Shown here: positions 16,754-25,722 of the stretch, piece by piece | Layout: each line of letters opens with the position of its first letter | Position numbering within the stretch: the stretch's first letter is position 1 | Origin: Spirochaetes bacterium GWB1_60_80 | Lineage (GTDB): Bacteria > Spirochaetota > Spirochaetia > Treponematales > UBA12059 | Reading direction: 5' to 3' | DNA: 64,000 bases | Assembly (NCBI GenBank): GCA_001829185.1 | Contig: MIAR01000032.1 | Location: forward strand, 80,133 to 144,132 | Translations under genes and position numbers: made by a program | Notes under the pieces: model-generated | What the model was told of the DNA's origin: nothing | The model's database searches: none | Seen by the model: the letters and a program-made list of their open reading frames with translations, nothing else

Positions 16754-18554
16754 GCGCCTCGAGGGCCGCCCAGACCAGGGCGTGCACCTCGGTGGCGGCG
16801 GTTTCCAGCGGAATGAGGCGGAGCTCGCCGCCGGAGCGTAGCTTGACTTCCACGTTCGGTAGATTCTTGTCGCCCACTACTATCCGCACCGGGATGCCAA
16901 TTAGGTCCATGTCCTTGAATTTGACGCCAGGACGCTCTTCCCGGTCGTCGAGCAGGACCTCGATGCCAGCGGCGGCCAGTTGCCCGTACAAACGGTCGGC
17001 GGCCTGACGCATGACTCCCTCGTATTTGATGGGGACGATGGCCACCTGGAAGGGAGCGACGCTCATCGGCCAGACGATGCCGTCGGCGTCATGGTGTTCC
17101 TCGATGATCGAGGCCAGGGTGCGGTCGACGCCGATGCCATAACAACCCATGATGGGGACTTGCTGCTTGCCATTCTCGTCGAGGTAACTCATGCCCATGC
17201 TCTTGGTATACTTGTTGCCGAGTTTGAAGATATGCCCCAGTTCGTTGCCCTTCTTGCCGTAATAGGCGGCGCCACAGTTGACGCAACGGTCGCCAGCCTT
17301 GACGGTGCGGACGTCGGCCACCAGCCAGGGACTGAAGTCGCGACCCGGCTCGACGTGGGTGAAGTGCAGGTCGGCCTGCAGGGCGCCGGTGACCGCGTCG
17401 TGCAGGGCCATGACCGACGGGTCGGCCAGCACTGGCAGGCCTGTCAGGCCGACCGGCCCGGCGAAACCGACTGGGGCGCCGGTCAGGCGTTCGACATCAA
17501 GGTCGGCGGCCAGGGCCACTTCGCTGGCCTTGAGGACGGCGGCCAGCTTTACTTCGTTGACGTCCAGGTCGCCGCGTACACAGACGGCGAAGAAGGCTTC
17601 CGGATACCAGGTTGGGGCGTTGGCCGGCGTGACGCGCTTCAGGCTGCCGACATTTGACGCGGCGCTTAGATCCAGCTCGCAGTTGACGGCGCGGTAGATC
17701 AGCGTCTTGATGAAGGCCTGCGGTACGGTATTGAGGAAGGCCGTCAACTGGTCGATGGTTCGGACCTCCGGCGTGGCGATGGCCGTGAGCGGCTGGCTGG
17801 TCGGTAAAGTTGTTGGATTGTTGGTTTGTAGATCGGGCGCGCAAGCCGCCTTCTCGTCGTTGGCGGCGTAACCGCAGTCCGGGCAAAGGATGAGGTTGTT
17901 GTCGCCAACCGCTGATTCAACCATGAATTCTTCCGAACCGCTGCCGCCCATGGCTCCCGAGTCGGCCCGCACCGGGATGACGGAAAGACCGTTGCGGCGG
18001 AAGATACGCCGGTAGGCCTGGCCGAAAGCCTGGTAGCTGGCGTCGAGGCTGGCCTCGTTGGTGTGGTAGGAGTAGGCATCCTTCATGGTAAATTCGCGGG
18101 ACCGCATCAGGCCATAGCGGGGGCGGATCTCGTCGCGGTATTTGCTGTTGATCTGGTAGACAGCCAGCGGATATTGCTTGTAGGAGGCCAGTTCGGAGCG
18201 CAGCACGGCGGTGAAGGCTTCTTCGGCCGTCGGGCTGACCACCAGTTCCTGGGCGACGCGGTTGGTGACGCGCAGCATGCCTTCGCCCATGGTTTCCCAG
18301 CGGCCGGATTCGCGCCAGATGTCGCCGGGCACCACCACCGACGGCTTGAATTCCAGGCAGCCGATGGCGTTCATTTCCTCGCGGATGATGTTCTCAACCT
18401 TGCGGAAGGCGCGCAGTCCCAGCGGCAGGTAGGTGAACAGGCCGTTAGACAGTTTGCGGATCATGCCGGCGCGCAGCAACAGGCGGTGGCTGACAATGAC
18501 AGCTTCGGCGGGAACTTCCCTGAGCGTGGGCAGATACATCCGGGACATTTTCAT
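16731..18554 (-). CDS. proS: Prolyl-tRNA synthetase, bacterial type with an editing (INS) domain
   Basis: MKMSRMYLPTLREVPAEAV..., class II motifs and an insertion domain. Start at ATG 18554 (residue 18) with GAGG 10 nt upstream. The 3-prime end overlaps convergent znuB by 23 nt. Confidence 0.9.
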   Translation of the reverse strand: MKMSRMYLPTLREVPAEAVIVSHRLLLRAGMIRKLSNGLFTYLPLGLRAFRKVENIIREEMNAIGCLEFKPSVVVPGDIWRESGRWETMGEGMLRVTNRVAQELVVSPTAEEAFTAVLRSELASYKQYPLAVYQINSKYRDEIRPRYGLMRSREFTMKDAYSYHTNEASLDASYQAFGQAYRRIFRRNGLSVIPVRADSGAMGGSGSEEFMVESAVGDNNLILCPDCGYAANDEKAACAPDLQTNNPTTLPTSQPLTAIATPEVRTIDQLTAFLNTVPQAFIKTLIYRAVNCELDLSAASNVGSLKRVTPANAPTWYPEAFFAVCVRGDLDVNEVKLAAVLKASEVALAADLDVERLTGAPVGFAGPVGLTGLPVLADPSVMALHDAVTGALQADLHFTHVEPGRDFSPWLVADVRTVKAGDRCVNCGAAYYGKKGNELGHIFKLGNKYTKSMGMSYLDENGKQQVPIMGCYGIGVDRTLASIIEEHHDADGIVWPMSVAPFQVAIVPIKYEGVMRQAADRLYGQLAAAGIEVLLDDREERPGVKFKDMDLIGIPVRIVVGDKNLPNVEVKLRSGGELRLIPLETAATEVHALVWAALEALMSGDPA

Positions 18555-18658
18555 GCTGGGTAAACCTCGTGGCGGAAGTTTAGATAGAACCGGATGAAGT
18601 TTCAAGCGCCGCGGCGGCCTCTAATACCGGGAAGCAGGCAGCCTCGGAGTCTGTTTCA

Positions 18659-18667
18659 TGGTACAAT
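18659..18667 (+). promoter_or_regulatory. Extended -10 promoter element for a leaderless TrmH-family gene
   Basis: TGgTACAAT (18659-18667), then 6 nt (gactgt) and ATG 18674. No SD. Confidence 0.4.
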
Positions 18668-18673
18668 GACTGT

Positions 18674-19423
18674 ATGTTCACCAATTCGACTACTGATTTC
18701 AACCGCGCGCTCTCCCTCAAACAGCGCAAGGCGCGCCAGGAGAGCGGCCTGTTCTTGGCGGAAGGCCGCAAGGTCGTGGCTGAGGGGCTGGAGGCTGGCT
18801 GCCCTTGCCGCGCCGTCTACGTCCGGGAAGGCTTCTTCGGCCAGCATGAAGAAACCGACGCCCTGCTGTCGGCCGCTAATACCCTTGTCCTGGGCGAGCG
18901 TGAATTCAATCGCCTGGCCGATACCGAGCAGCCTCAGGGCTTGATCGGCGTATTCGAGTGGTCCGGCTTGCTCTGCTCCAGCCTGACGGCGCGTTTTGTA
19001 CCGGTGCTATTTGACGTGGCCGATCCGCGCAACCTGGGCAATATCGTGCGCAGCGCCGATTGGTTTGGCTTCTCGGAAATAGTGGTTGGCGAAACTTGCG
19101 TCGACCCGTTCAACGGCAAGGCGGTGCGCTCCAGCATGGGGTCGATCTTCCGGACGCGCTTTGTCCTGAGCGACGATCTGGTGGCCAGTCTGACGGCTTT
19201 GAAGGAACGCTACCGTATTGTGGTGGCTGACCTGGACGGTGAAGATTACCGCGCTTTTAAGACGGGAGCTACTGCGGCCATCGTTTTTTCCAACGAGGCG
19301 CGCGGCCCGTCGCCGGAAATTTTGGCTTTGGCCGATGCCATTGCCACCATACCGGGCGCGGGTCGTGCCGAGTCGCTCAGTGTGGCCACCGCCGCCGCAG
19401 TGATGTTCGCCGCCTTGTTCTGA
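18674..19423 (+). CDS. TrmH/SpoU-family RNA 2-prime-O-methyltransferase
   Basis: LFLAEGRKVVAEGL..., VADPRNLGNIVRSADWFG, IVFSNEARG and ESLSVATAAAVMF are SpoU methylase motifs. Confidence 0.8.
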   Translation: MFTNSTTDFNRALSLKQRKARQESGLFLAEGRKVVAEGLEAGCPCRAVYVREGFFGQHEETDALLSAANTLVLGEREFNRLADTEQPQGLIGVFEWSGLLCSSLTARFVPVLFDVADPRNLGNIVRSADWFGFSEIVVGETCVDPFNGKAVRSSMGSIFRTRFVLSDDLVASLTALKERYRIVVADLDGEDYRAFKTGATAAIVFSNEARGPSPEILALADAIATIPGAGRAESLSVATAAAVMFAALF

Positions 19424-19466
19424 GCCTCGGTCGCTTTGTTATGAAGCAGCGTAGCTGAACGGCTGC

Positions 19467-21005
19467 TTAGCCGCCGAGGCGTCGGAGCAGCGATTGCGCC
19501 ACTTTTAGGCCGTCGGCGGCCGAGCTGACGATGCCACCGGACCAGCCGCTACCCTCGCCGGCCAGATACAGGTTTTCGTAGCCGCAGTGCAGGCTGTCCG
19601 GGTGGCGGACGGCTTGGATCGGCGCGCTGGTCTTGCTTTCCAGACCCAGAATAATGCCGTCTTCGTAACCGCGCAGGGTGCGGCAGAATTCCGCCAGGCC
19701 GGCGCGCAAGGCTGGCACCAAGCCGGTTGGCAGCAATTCGGCTAGGTCGGTTGGCCACAGCCCCAGCGGGTAACTCGACTCAGGCATTGGCTGACCGGAG
19801 CTACCGCTCAGGAAATCGGCGATGGTCATGGCCGGCGCCCGGAAGTCGCCGGCAGCCGCCTTGTAACGCTGCTCGAGCGCCTCCAGCCAGTCGAGGGCCG
19901 CCGCGGCCGATACCGGCCGGCCGAGCAGCGTTTCCAGGTTGAGCCCGGCCACCACCGCCGCGTTGGCCCAGCGGCCGTCGCGGGCGTAGTCGCTTTTACC
20001 GTTGACCACCGCGCAGTCGGCGCTGGCCATGGCCGGGACGACCGTGCCGCCCGGGCACATGCAAAAGGAATAGACGCCGCTGCCTTCGGCCTGGCAGGCC
20101 AGGCGGTATTCGGCCGCCTTGACGCCAGGTAGGCGCGGGCAACCCCACTGGGCTTGGTTGATGATTTCCTGGCGGTGCTCGGCCCGGAAGCCGAGCGCGA
20201 AATTCTTGGCGCGGAAGGGTACGCCGCGAGCGAGCAGCATGCGGCTGGTGTCGAAGGCTGAATGGCCATTCGCGAACAGGAAGGCGTCGGCCTCCAGCCG
20301 GCCCTGCGTTGTATCGACTGATTGAAGGCGGTCGCCCTGTGGCTGGAGGTCGGTGGCGGCCGTAGAGTAGCGGATGGTGGCGCCAAGCTCGAGCAGCTGG
20401 GCGCGTAGCCGGCCGGTCATGTCGAACAAGCGGTCGCTGCCGAGATGGGGGTGGGTCAGGTAGGCGATTTCGGCCGGCGCGCCAGCCTTGATGAAATCGG
20501 CGAAGATGTAGTCGCGTTCGGCGCTGATCCCCTTGGTGCGGGAGCTGAGCTTGCCGTCGGAAAAGGTGCCCGCGCCGCCTTCACCGTAGGCGTAGTTGTT
20601 GACGGCATCAAAGCTGCCGCCCTGTTCGAAGGCCGCAATGGCCGCCCGGCGCCGCTCCACCTGGTCGCCCCGTTCCAGGAGAGTAACCCGCACACCGCAG
20701 CGTAGCAGATAAAGGGCAGCGAACAGGCCGGCCGGGCCGGTGCCGACCACCACGACATGGAATCGGCCGGAGCTACTGGGGTGTTCTATTGTGACGGGAA
20801 GCGGGCTTGACCCGGTCGGTAGGCCTGGCGAGCTGATGCCCAGGCGGTAGCGCCAGACGATGCGCCGTTTGTGACGGGCATCGAGGCTCTTGTGCAGTAT
20901 TCGGTAACTGAAATCCGTTAACCCCGACTTGTTGGCTAGCAGGCGGCGCAGTTCTGCCTCGTCGGTCCCGACCGGAAGCGTCAGTTCGTATTCCTTGTAA
21001 CCCAT
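19467..21005 (-). CDS. NAD(P)/FAD-dependent oxidoreductase (COG2509-like)
   Basis: Dinucleotide-binding VVVVGTGPAGLFAALYL. 512 aa. C-terminal LYLAGEGSGWSGGIVSSAADG. Confidence 0.7.
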   Translation of the reverse strand: MGYKEYELTLPVGTDEAELRRLLANKSGLTDFSYRILHKSLDARHKRRIVWRYRLGISSPGLPTGSSPLPVTIEHPSSSGRFHVVVVGTGPAGLFAALYLLRCGVRVTLLERGDQVERRRAAIAAFEQGGSFDAVNNYAYGEGGAGTFSDGKLSSRTKGISAERDYIFADFIKAGAPAEIAYLTHPHLGSDRLFDMTGRLRAQLLELGATIRYSTAATDLQPQGDRLQSVDTTQGRLEADAFLFANGHSAFDTSRMLLARGVPFRAKNFALGFRAEHRQEIINQAQWGCPRLPGVKAAEYRLACQAEGSGVYSFCMCPGGTVVPAMASADCAVVNGKSDYARDGRWANAAVVAGLNLETLLGRPVSAAAALDWLEALEQRYKAAAGDFRAPAMTIADFLSGSSGQPMPESSYPLGLWPTDLAELLPTGLVPALRAGLAEFCRTLRGYEDGIILGLESKTSAPIQAVRHPDSLHCGYENLYLAGEGSGWSGGIVSSAADGLKVAQSLLRRLGG

Positions 21006-21011
21006 GCCGGC

Positions 21012-21040
21012 ATGCTACGGCATTTGTAGGCCATATGCAA
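21012..21040 (-). promoter_or_regulatory. Candidate promoter for the leaderless FAD-oxidoreductase gene
   Basis: Minus strand: TTGCAT (21040-21035), 17 nt, TAGCAT (21017-21012), 6 nt (gccggc), ATG 21005. Confidence 0.4.
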
Positions 21041-21074
21041 GTGATTGGCCAGCCCGCGCAAGTGAGGGTCCGGC

Positions 21075-21128
21075 TTGACAGGCCAGCGGCTATCCACGAT
21101 AGTACGCTCTAGTAATACAAGGTAATAC
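21075..21128 (+). promoter_or_regulatory. Promoter plus direct-repeat operator of znuA
   Basis: TTGACA (21075-21080), 17 nt, GATAGT (21098-21103), then GTAATAC-AAG-GTAATAC (21112-21128). This is the same 7-mer pair and 10-bp phasing as at 14808-14824. Confidence 0.55.
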
Positions 21129-21163
21129 CGAAACTGATTCCTTGAACGCAGGAGAACCTCAGT

Positions 21164-22129
21164 ATGCTGTCAACTTCCAATACTGGTGTCAGAACGTCGT
21201 TCCTATCGCATTGCCGTCCAACTATTACCATACTAACCTGGCTGTTACTTGCACTGGTCATGGCGGCTTGTCCTCGGTCGCCCGCTTCGGCCGATCAGGT
21301 TGGAGCACCGTCTGGTCGGCCGATCCAGGTATTTGTCAGCGTCCTGCCGCAGCGCTACTTCGCGGAACGACTGGCCGGCGAGCGGGCGATAGTGGAGGTT
21401 CTGGTGGAGCCGGGACGTGATCCGCACAGCTTCGACCCCAGTCCACGCCAGATTGCCCGGCTGTCGGCGGCAGCGGTTTTCTTCACCATCGGCATGCCCT
21501 TCGAGGCTACCCTGGTCAGTAAGGTGGGACAGGCTAATCCGGAGTTGCGGGTCGTCGACACTATTGCCGGTATCGAACTGCTGCCTTTGGCGGGTCATTA
21601 TCACGAAGGCGATGAGGCTCATGAGGACGATGACGAGGCGGGAGAGCTTGATCCGCATGTTTGGCTGGGCCCCCAACAGGTGCGCTGTCAACTGATTGCC
21701 ATGCGCGACGGATTGATCGCGGCCGACCCGGCCGGGGAAGCAGTTTACCGGCAGAATCACGAGCGCCTGGACGCCGAGGTTGCCGCGATGGATCGTCGCT
21801 TTGCCGTGTTGCTGGCGCCGTTGGGCGGCAAAAGTATCCTGACTTTCCACCCGACCTTCGGATATTTTACCGCCACGTATGGCATCAATCAGTTATCGAT
21901 CGAATTGGATGGCAAGGAACCTTCACCGCGCCGCCTGGAGGATCTGATCGGTTTGGCTAGACAGGAAGGCGTCAAGGTTATTTTCGCCCAGCCTGAATTT
22001 CCGCCCCGTAGTGCCGAGATCATTGCACAAGCCATCGGGGGCAGCGTGGTTAGCTTGAATGCGTTGGAGGCGGATTGGCCTGGGTTTATGGAGCGCTTGG
22101 CTACGGCCGTGGCGGCGGGAGCTTACTGA
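21164..22129 (+). CDS. znuA: Metal ABC transporter substrate-binding protein with a His/Asp/Glu-rich loop (ZnuA-like)
   Basis: Signal-like N-terminus. HYHEGDEAHEDDDEAGELDPHVW loop typical of ZnuA. SD AGGAG. Confidence 0.8.
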   Translation: MLSTSNTGVRTSFLSHCRPTITILTWLLLALVMAACPRSPASADQVGAPSGRPIQVFVSVLPQRYFAERLAGERAIVEVLVEPGRDPHSFDPSPRQIARLSAAAVFFTIGMPFEATLVSKVGQANPELRVVDTIAGIELLPLAGHYHEGDEAHEDDDEAGELDPHVWLGPQQVRCQLIAMRDGLIAADPAGEAVYRQNHERLDAEVAAMDRRFAVLLAPLGGKSILTFHPTFGYFTATYGINQLSIELDGKEPSPRRLEDLIGLARQEGVKVIFAQPEFPPRSAEIIAQAIGGSVVSLNALEADWPGFMERLATAVAAGAY

Positions 22130-22140
22130 AGGGTTGGTTT

Positions 22141-22767
22141 TTATGACTCCGGGTTGCTGCCGAGGATTTCTTCGGCATAATCGGGGTAGAGTTTCTTGAT
22201 GCATTCCTTGCACAGGCTATGGGTAAAATTGGCAGTACTGTGATCGGAAATGTATTCCTCGACCGAATGCCAGTAACCATCATCGTCGCGGATTTTCTTG
22301 CAGCCGGCACAGATCGGGATCAGGCCTTCCAATGTCTTGATGGCATTGAGGGCTTCCTGTAACTCGCGGTTCTTCTGTTCCAGGGCTGTCCTAGCCTGTT
22401 TGAGCTCGAGATGGGCCTTGACTCTGGCCTGGAGTTCGTAGGGATTGAACGGCTTCTTGATATAGTCGACGGCGCCTAGCTTGAAGCCTTCGATTAGACT
22501 TTGCATTTCGTCGATTGAGGTCAGGAAAATAACCGGGATGTCTTTGGTGCTCGGATGCTGCTTGATGCGGCTCAATACGGAGAATCCGTCGATGTCTGGC
22601 ATCATGATGTCGAGCAGAATCAGGTCGGGTTGGCTGTTTTGGATCAATTCGAGAGCGCTGCTGCCGCTGTTGGCGGTGAGCAATTCGCAACCCGATTCGC
22701 CCAGGATATTGAGGACAATCTCGATATTCAAGGCGATGTCATCAACCACCAGAATTTTTTGTCCCAT
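22141..22767 (-). CDS. Response regulator: receiver domain, coiled coil and a C-terminal CxxC...CxxC domain
   Basis: KILVVDDIALNIEIV...DLILLDIMMPDIDGF (REC). C-terminus ICAGCKKIRDDDGYWHSVEEYISDHSTANFTHSLCKECIKK. Start at ATG 22767 (residue 32). Confidence 0.75.
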   Translation of the reverse strand: MGQKILVVDDIALNIEIVLNILGESGCELLTANSGSSALELIQNSQPDLILLDIMMPDIDGFSVLSRIKQHPSTKDIPVIFLTSIDEMQSLIEGFKLGAVDYIKKPFNPYELQARVKAHLELKQARTALEQKNRELQEALNAIKTLEGLIPICAGCKKIRDDDGYWHSVEEYISDHSTANFTHSLCKECIKKLYPDYAEEILGSNPES

Positions 22768-22773
22768 GATTTT

Positions 22774-22779
22774 ATAGTA
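22774..22779 (-). promoter_or_regulatory. -10 hexamer for the leaderless response-regulator gene
   Basis: Minus strand: TACTAT (22779-22774), 6 nt (aaaatc), ATG 22767. The -35 is weak (TTGCGC at 17 nt). Confidence 0.35.
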
Positions 22780-22876
22780 CGCTGCATCACGGTCAAGCGC
22801 AAGCGCATATTGGCTAATTTTGTCATGAATGTAAGATCCTGAGCCGATGCGCTTGGTCAAATGACACTTTCAGGCC

Positions 22877-23359
22877 TTACTCCCCGAAGGGAGAGGGATT
22901 GGAATCGCCGGACAATGTTAGGGTGGCAGTGGCTAGGTATAGATCTTGAAGGCTGACTTGGCCGATCAGGCGCTGGCCATCGCTGACTGCCAACCAACTG
23001 GCCTCGGTCTCGGAAAAGCGGCGTAACATGGTGGCCAGATTATCGTCGGGACTCAAGAACACGGCCCTTTCCAACGGTATGCGGTCCAGCGGCAGGTTCA
23101 GTCGTGCAAGGATGGTGGGTGGCAGTTGGCCTTGCTCAAGGCTGGCTGTTTCACCGTCAAACAGGAAGCGCAGCAGTCCTTCGGCCGATAAGTAGCCGCG
23201 GGCTTGGCCGTCCTCGGCCAGGACGAGTAGTGACAAGCCGCCAGGTTGTTCCAACAAGCGCTCGAAGGCTGTCCTGATGTTACTGCCAGCCGGTAAGTGC
23301 GGTAGGTCGTTCTGCATCAGTGAGCTGGCGGTGGCCGGGCTAGGCGCTTGTCGTTTCAT
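22877..23359 (-). CDS. CBS-domain pair protein
   Basis: Two CBS-like units (LSLLVLAEDGQARGYLSAEGLL; WLAVSDGQRLIGQVSLQDL). ATG 23359 overlaps the SulP stop (ATGA). Confidence 0.6.
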   Translation of the reverse strand: MKRQAPSPATASSLMQNDLPHLPAGSNIRTAFERLLEQPGGLSLLVLAEDGQARGYLSAEGLLRFLFDGETASLEQGQLPPTILARLNLPLDRIPLERAVFLSPDDNLATMLRRFSETEASWLAVSDGQRLIGQVSLQDLYLATATLTLSGDSNPSPFGE

Positions 23360-25671
23360 GAGCGGCTCTTCACCGGCTTGTCGGCATCTAGACGATTGAT
23401 TGCCTTGGCCAAAGCGCCGAGCAGGACTTCCGGCTGAATGACGCCAGACATGCGGCCTTCGTCGTCCAAGACTGGAACGCAAGTCTCGGGATTGCGGAGC
23501 GCCGCCAGCATGATGGCTGGTAGATCGGCCGAATCGTTCACCGCGATGGTTTCGGCACTGGCCATGGCGGTGATTGGATGGATGTAATCGGACCGGATCC
23601 AGGCGGCCAATTGTTCGTTGCTAGCCTCCGGATGTTTCCGTACCGCTTCGATGTCGGCCAAGCGGCCCAAAATACGGCGCAAGCCAATGGCGCCGGCCAT
23701 TTTACCGGCTTGGTTTTGAAGGAAGACGGTTGGGCGGCTGCCGGCACGGCCGGAATCCAGCCAGGCGTTGAACAGCCACAAGGCCTCGCGCAATTGGTGA
23801 TCCATGCCGAAGCGCAGGAAGGTTGTGGTTTTGAGGGCGGCGGCGGTAGTGGGGCCGCTCGGTGTTCGCTTGGTGGCAGGCTGACCGTCCTTGGCCAGAA
23901 CCAGAGCCTGGGCTCGGGCCAGGGCCAGTTCGGTGGACAGGAACAGGCGATTGTCGGCCTGGAAGATATTCTGTTCGCCCAGCTTGGCGCGGATACCCGA
24001 ATCGGTCAGGCTCTTGCCCACGTCCTTGTTGACGCCACAGGCCACCAGGTGGATGCCCTGGGCGCTCAGCAGGTCGTGAAGATGATCCAGCATAGTCATG
24101 GTACTGGAGCCGAAGGCACGCAAGCGTTTCATACGCAGCACCACGACTCTGGTTTCCGGCGTCAGGCATTGCAACAGCTCGTAGTCCAGGTCGTCGACCG
24201 AGGCAAAATAGAAATAGCCTTCCAGGTTGATCAGGCTGATCGGCGACCGCCCGGCCTGCTTGAAGGGGACTTCCTCGAAGGCCCCGTCCGGGCGTTGCGT
24301 CAATTGGGTGATGTACGGCTTGCCGGTGACCTGCAGCAGGCCAGCCACCGATAGGAATACGCCGATGAAGATGGCGTATTCCAGCGACAGGAGCAGGGTG
24401 GCCGCCAGCGTGCCCAGCAGCACCCAGCGCGAATGCTGGCTGGTTCGCCAGATCATGCCCAGGCGGGAACGGTCCACCATGAACCAGGCCGTAGCCATCA
24501 GTAAGCCGGCGAAGGCTGGACGCGGCACGTAATTGGTCAGCGGGCCAAGCCAGAGCAGGAAGAGGGCGGCGATGACTCCGGACAAGAGCGGCGCCAGGCG
24601 GGTGCGGCCATGGGCTTGGAAGCAGACGGCGCTGCGGTTGAAGGAGCCGGCGCTCGGGAAGCACTGGAAGAAGCTACCGACGGTATTGGCCACGCCCTGG
24701 GCGATGAATTCGCGGTTAAAGTCGAGCCGTTGTCCGGAGCGGGTGGCGATGGAGCGAGCGATGGTGGCCGACTGGATCAGGCCGAGGATGGCCACCGAAA
24801 ACGAGCCGACGATGATGCCGCGCCACAGCCCCCAGCTGGGTTGACGCAGCAGGGCCGGGATCCGCCACATGGCCAGGCTGCCGGCGATGCGGTCGCCGTC
24901 GCCGATGATGGCCACCCGGAAGGCTCCGGCCGCCTCGCCGGCCAGGCCAAGCGCGGCCACGGCCAGGCTGGCGACGATCAGGATCAGCAGCGGCGCGGGT
25001 AGGCGGGGCCAGAAACGTTTGCACAACAGCACTAGCGCCAGCGTGACCAGGGCGATGAGCAGACCAACCAGGTTGACGTGCCCGATGGCGCTGATGGTTT
25101 CCCATAACGACACGAAAGTGTGGGCGTCGGCGCTGCGTGGCAGGTTAATGGCCAAGAAATCACGCAACTGATTGATAGCAATCAGGCAGGCCGCGCCGGT
25201 GGTGAAACCCAGGACCACCGAATTCGAGATGTACTTGACGACAGCGCCGAGCCGTAAAAAGCCGAACAGGATCTGTAGCAAGCCGCTCAGGAAGGCCAGC
25301 AGCAGCGCCACTTCCAGCGGATTGACGGTGTAATGCGCGGCCAATTGGGCGGTGATGCCGTAGATCATCATGCAGGTGACGTTGGAGGGGCCGGTAACCA
25401 GGTGGCGCGAGGAGCCGAGCAGGGCGGCCAGGATACAGGGCACGATGGAGGTGTACAGGCCAGTCACCGGCGGCAGGCCGGCGATGGTGGCGAAGGCCAT
25501 GGCTTGCGGGATGCCCAGTACGGCGACAGTCAAACCGGCCGACAGGTCGGCTTTGGCGTCGTGCTGCAAGTAGTGCTTGGCTTTGGCCAGCAGGGTCTTG
25601 GGATGAAAACGGCGTTTGTCAGCAGTGTCTGGCTTGGGAACGGGAGCTGCAGCTGTCGCGATAGGCGCCAT
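23356..25671 (-). CDS. SulP-family anion transporter with STAS and C-terminal CBS domains
   Basis: DLSAGLTVAVLGIPQAMAFATIAGLPPVTGLY is SulP-typical. STAS-like region (YFASVDDLDYEL...VVLRMKRL). CBS-like tail (VPVLDDEGRMSGVIQPEVLL). Confidence 0.8.
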   Translation of the reverse strand: MAPIATAAAPVPKPDTADKRRFHPKTLLAKAKHYLQHDAKADLSAGLTVAVLGIPQAMAFATIAGLPPVTGLYTSIVPCILAALLGSSRHLVTGPSNVTCMMIYGITAQLAAHYTVNPLEVALLLAFLSGLLQILFGFLRLGAVVKYISNSVVLGFTTGAACLIAINQLRDFLAINLPRSADAHTFVSLWETISAIGHVNLVGLLIALVTLALVLLCKRFWPRLPAPLLILIVASLAVAALGLAGEAAGAFRVAIIGDGDRIAGSLAMWRIPALLRQPSWGLWRGIIVGSFSVAILGLIQSATIARSIATRSGQRLDFNREFIAQGVANTVGSFFQCFPSAGSFNRSAVCFQAHGRTRLAPLLSGVIAALFLLWLGPLTNYVPRPAFAGLLMATAWFMVDRSRLGMIWRTSQHSRWVLLGTLAATLLLSLEYAIFIGVFLSVAGLLQVTGKPYITQLTQRPDGAFEEVPFKQAGRSPISLINLEGYFYFASVDDLDYELLQCLTPETRVVVLRMKRLRAFGSSTMTMLDHLHDLLSAQGIHLVACGVNKDVGKSLTDSGIRAKLGEQNIFQADNRLFLSTELALARAQALVLAKDGQPATKRTPSGPTTAAALKTTTFLRFGMDHQLREALWLFNAWLDSGRAGSRPTVFLQNQAGKMAGAIGLRRILGRLADIEAVRKHPEASNEQLAAWIRSDYIHPITAMASAETIAVNDSADLPAIMLAALRNPETCVPVLDDEGRMSGVIQPEVLLGALAKAINRLDADKPVKSRS

Positions 25672-25677
25672 GCTTAC

Positions 25678-25706
25678 ACTGTAGCGGCCAGGCCGGCCGG
25701 GGTCAA
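25678..25706 (-). promoter_or_regulatory. Candidate promoter for the leaderless SulP gene
   Basis: Minus strand: TTGACC (25706-25701), 17 nt, TACAGT (25683-25678), 6 nt (gtaagc), ATG 25671. Confidence 0.5.
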
Positions 25707-25722
25707 GCTTCGCACCTGAGCG

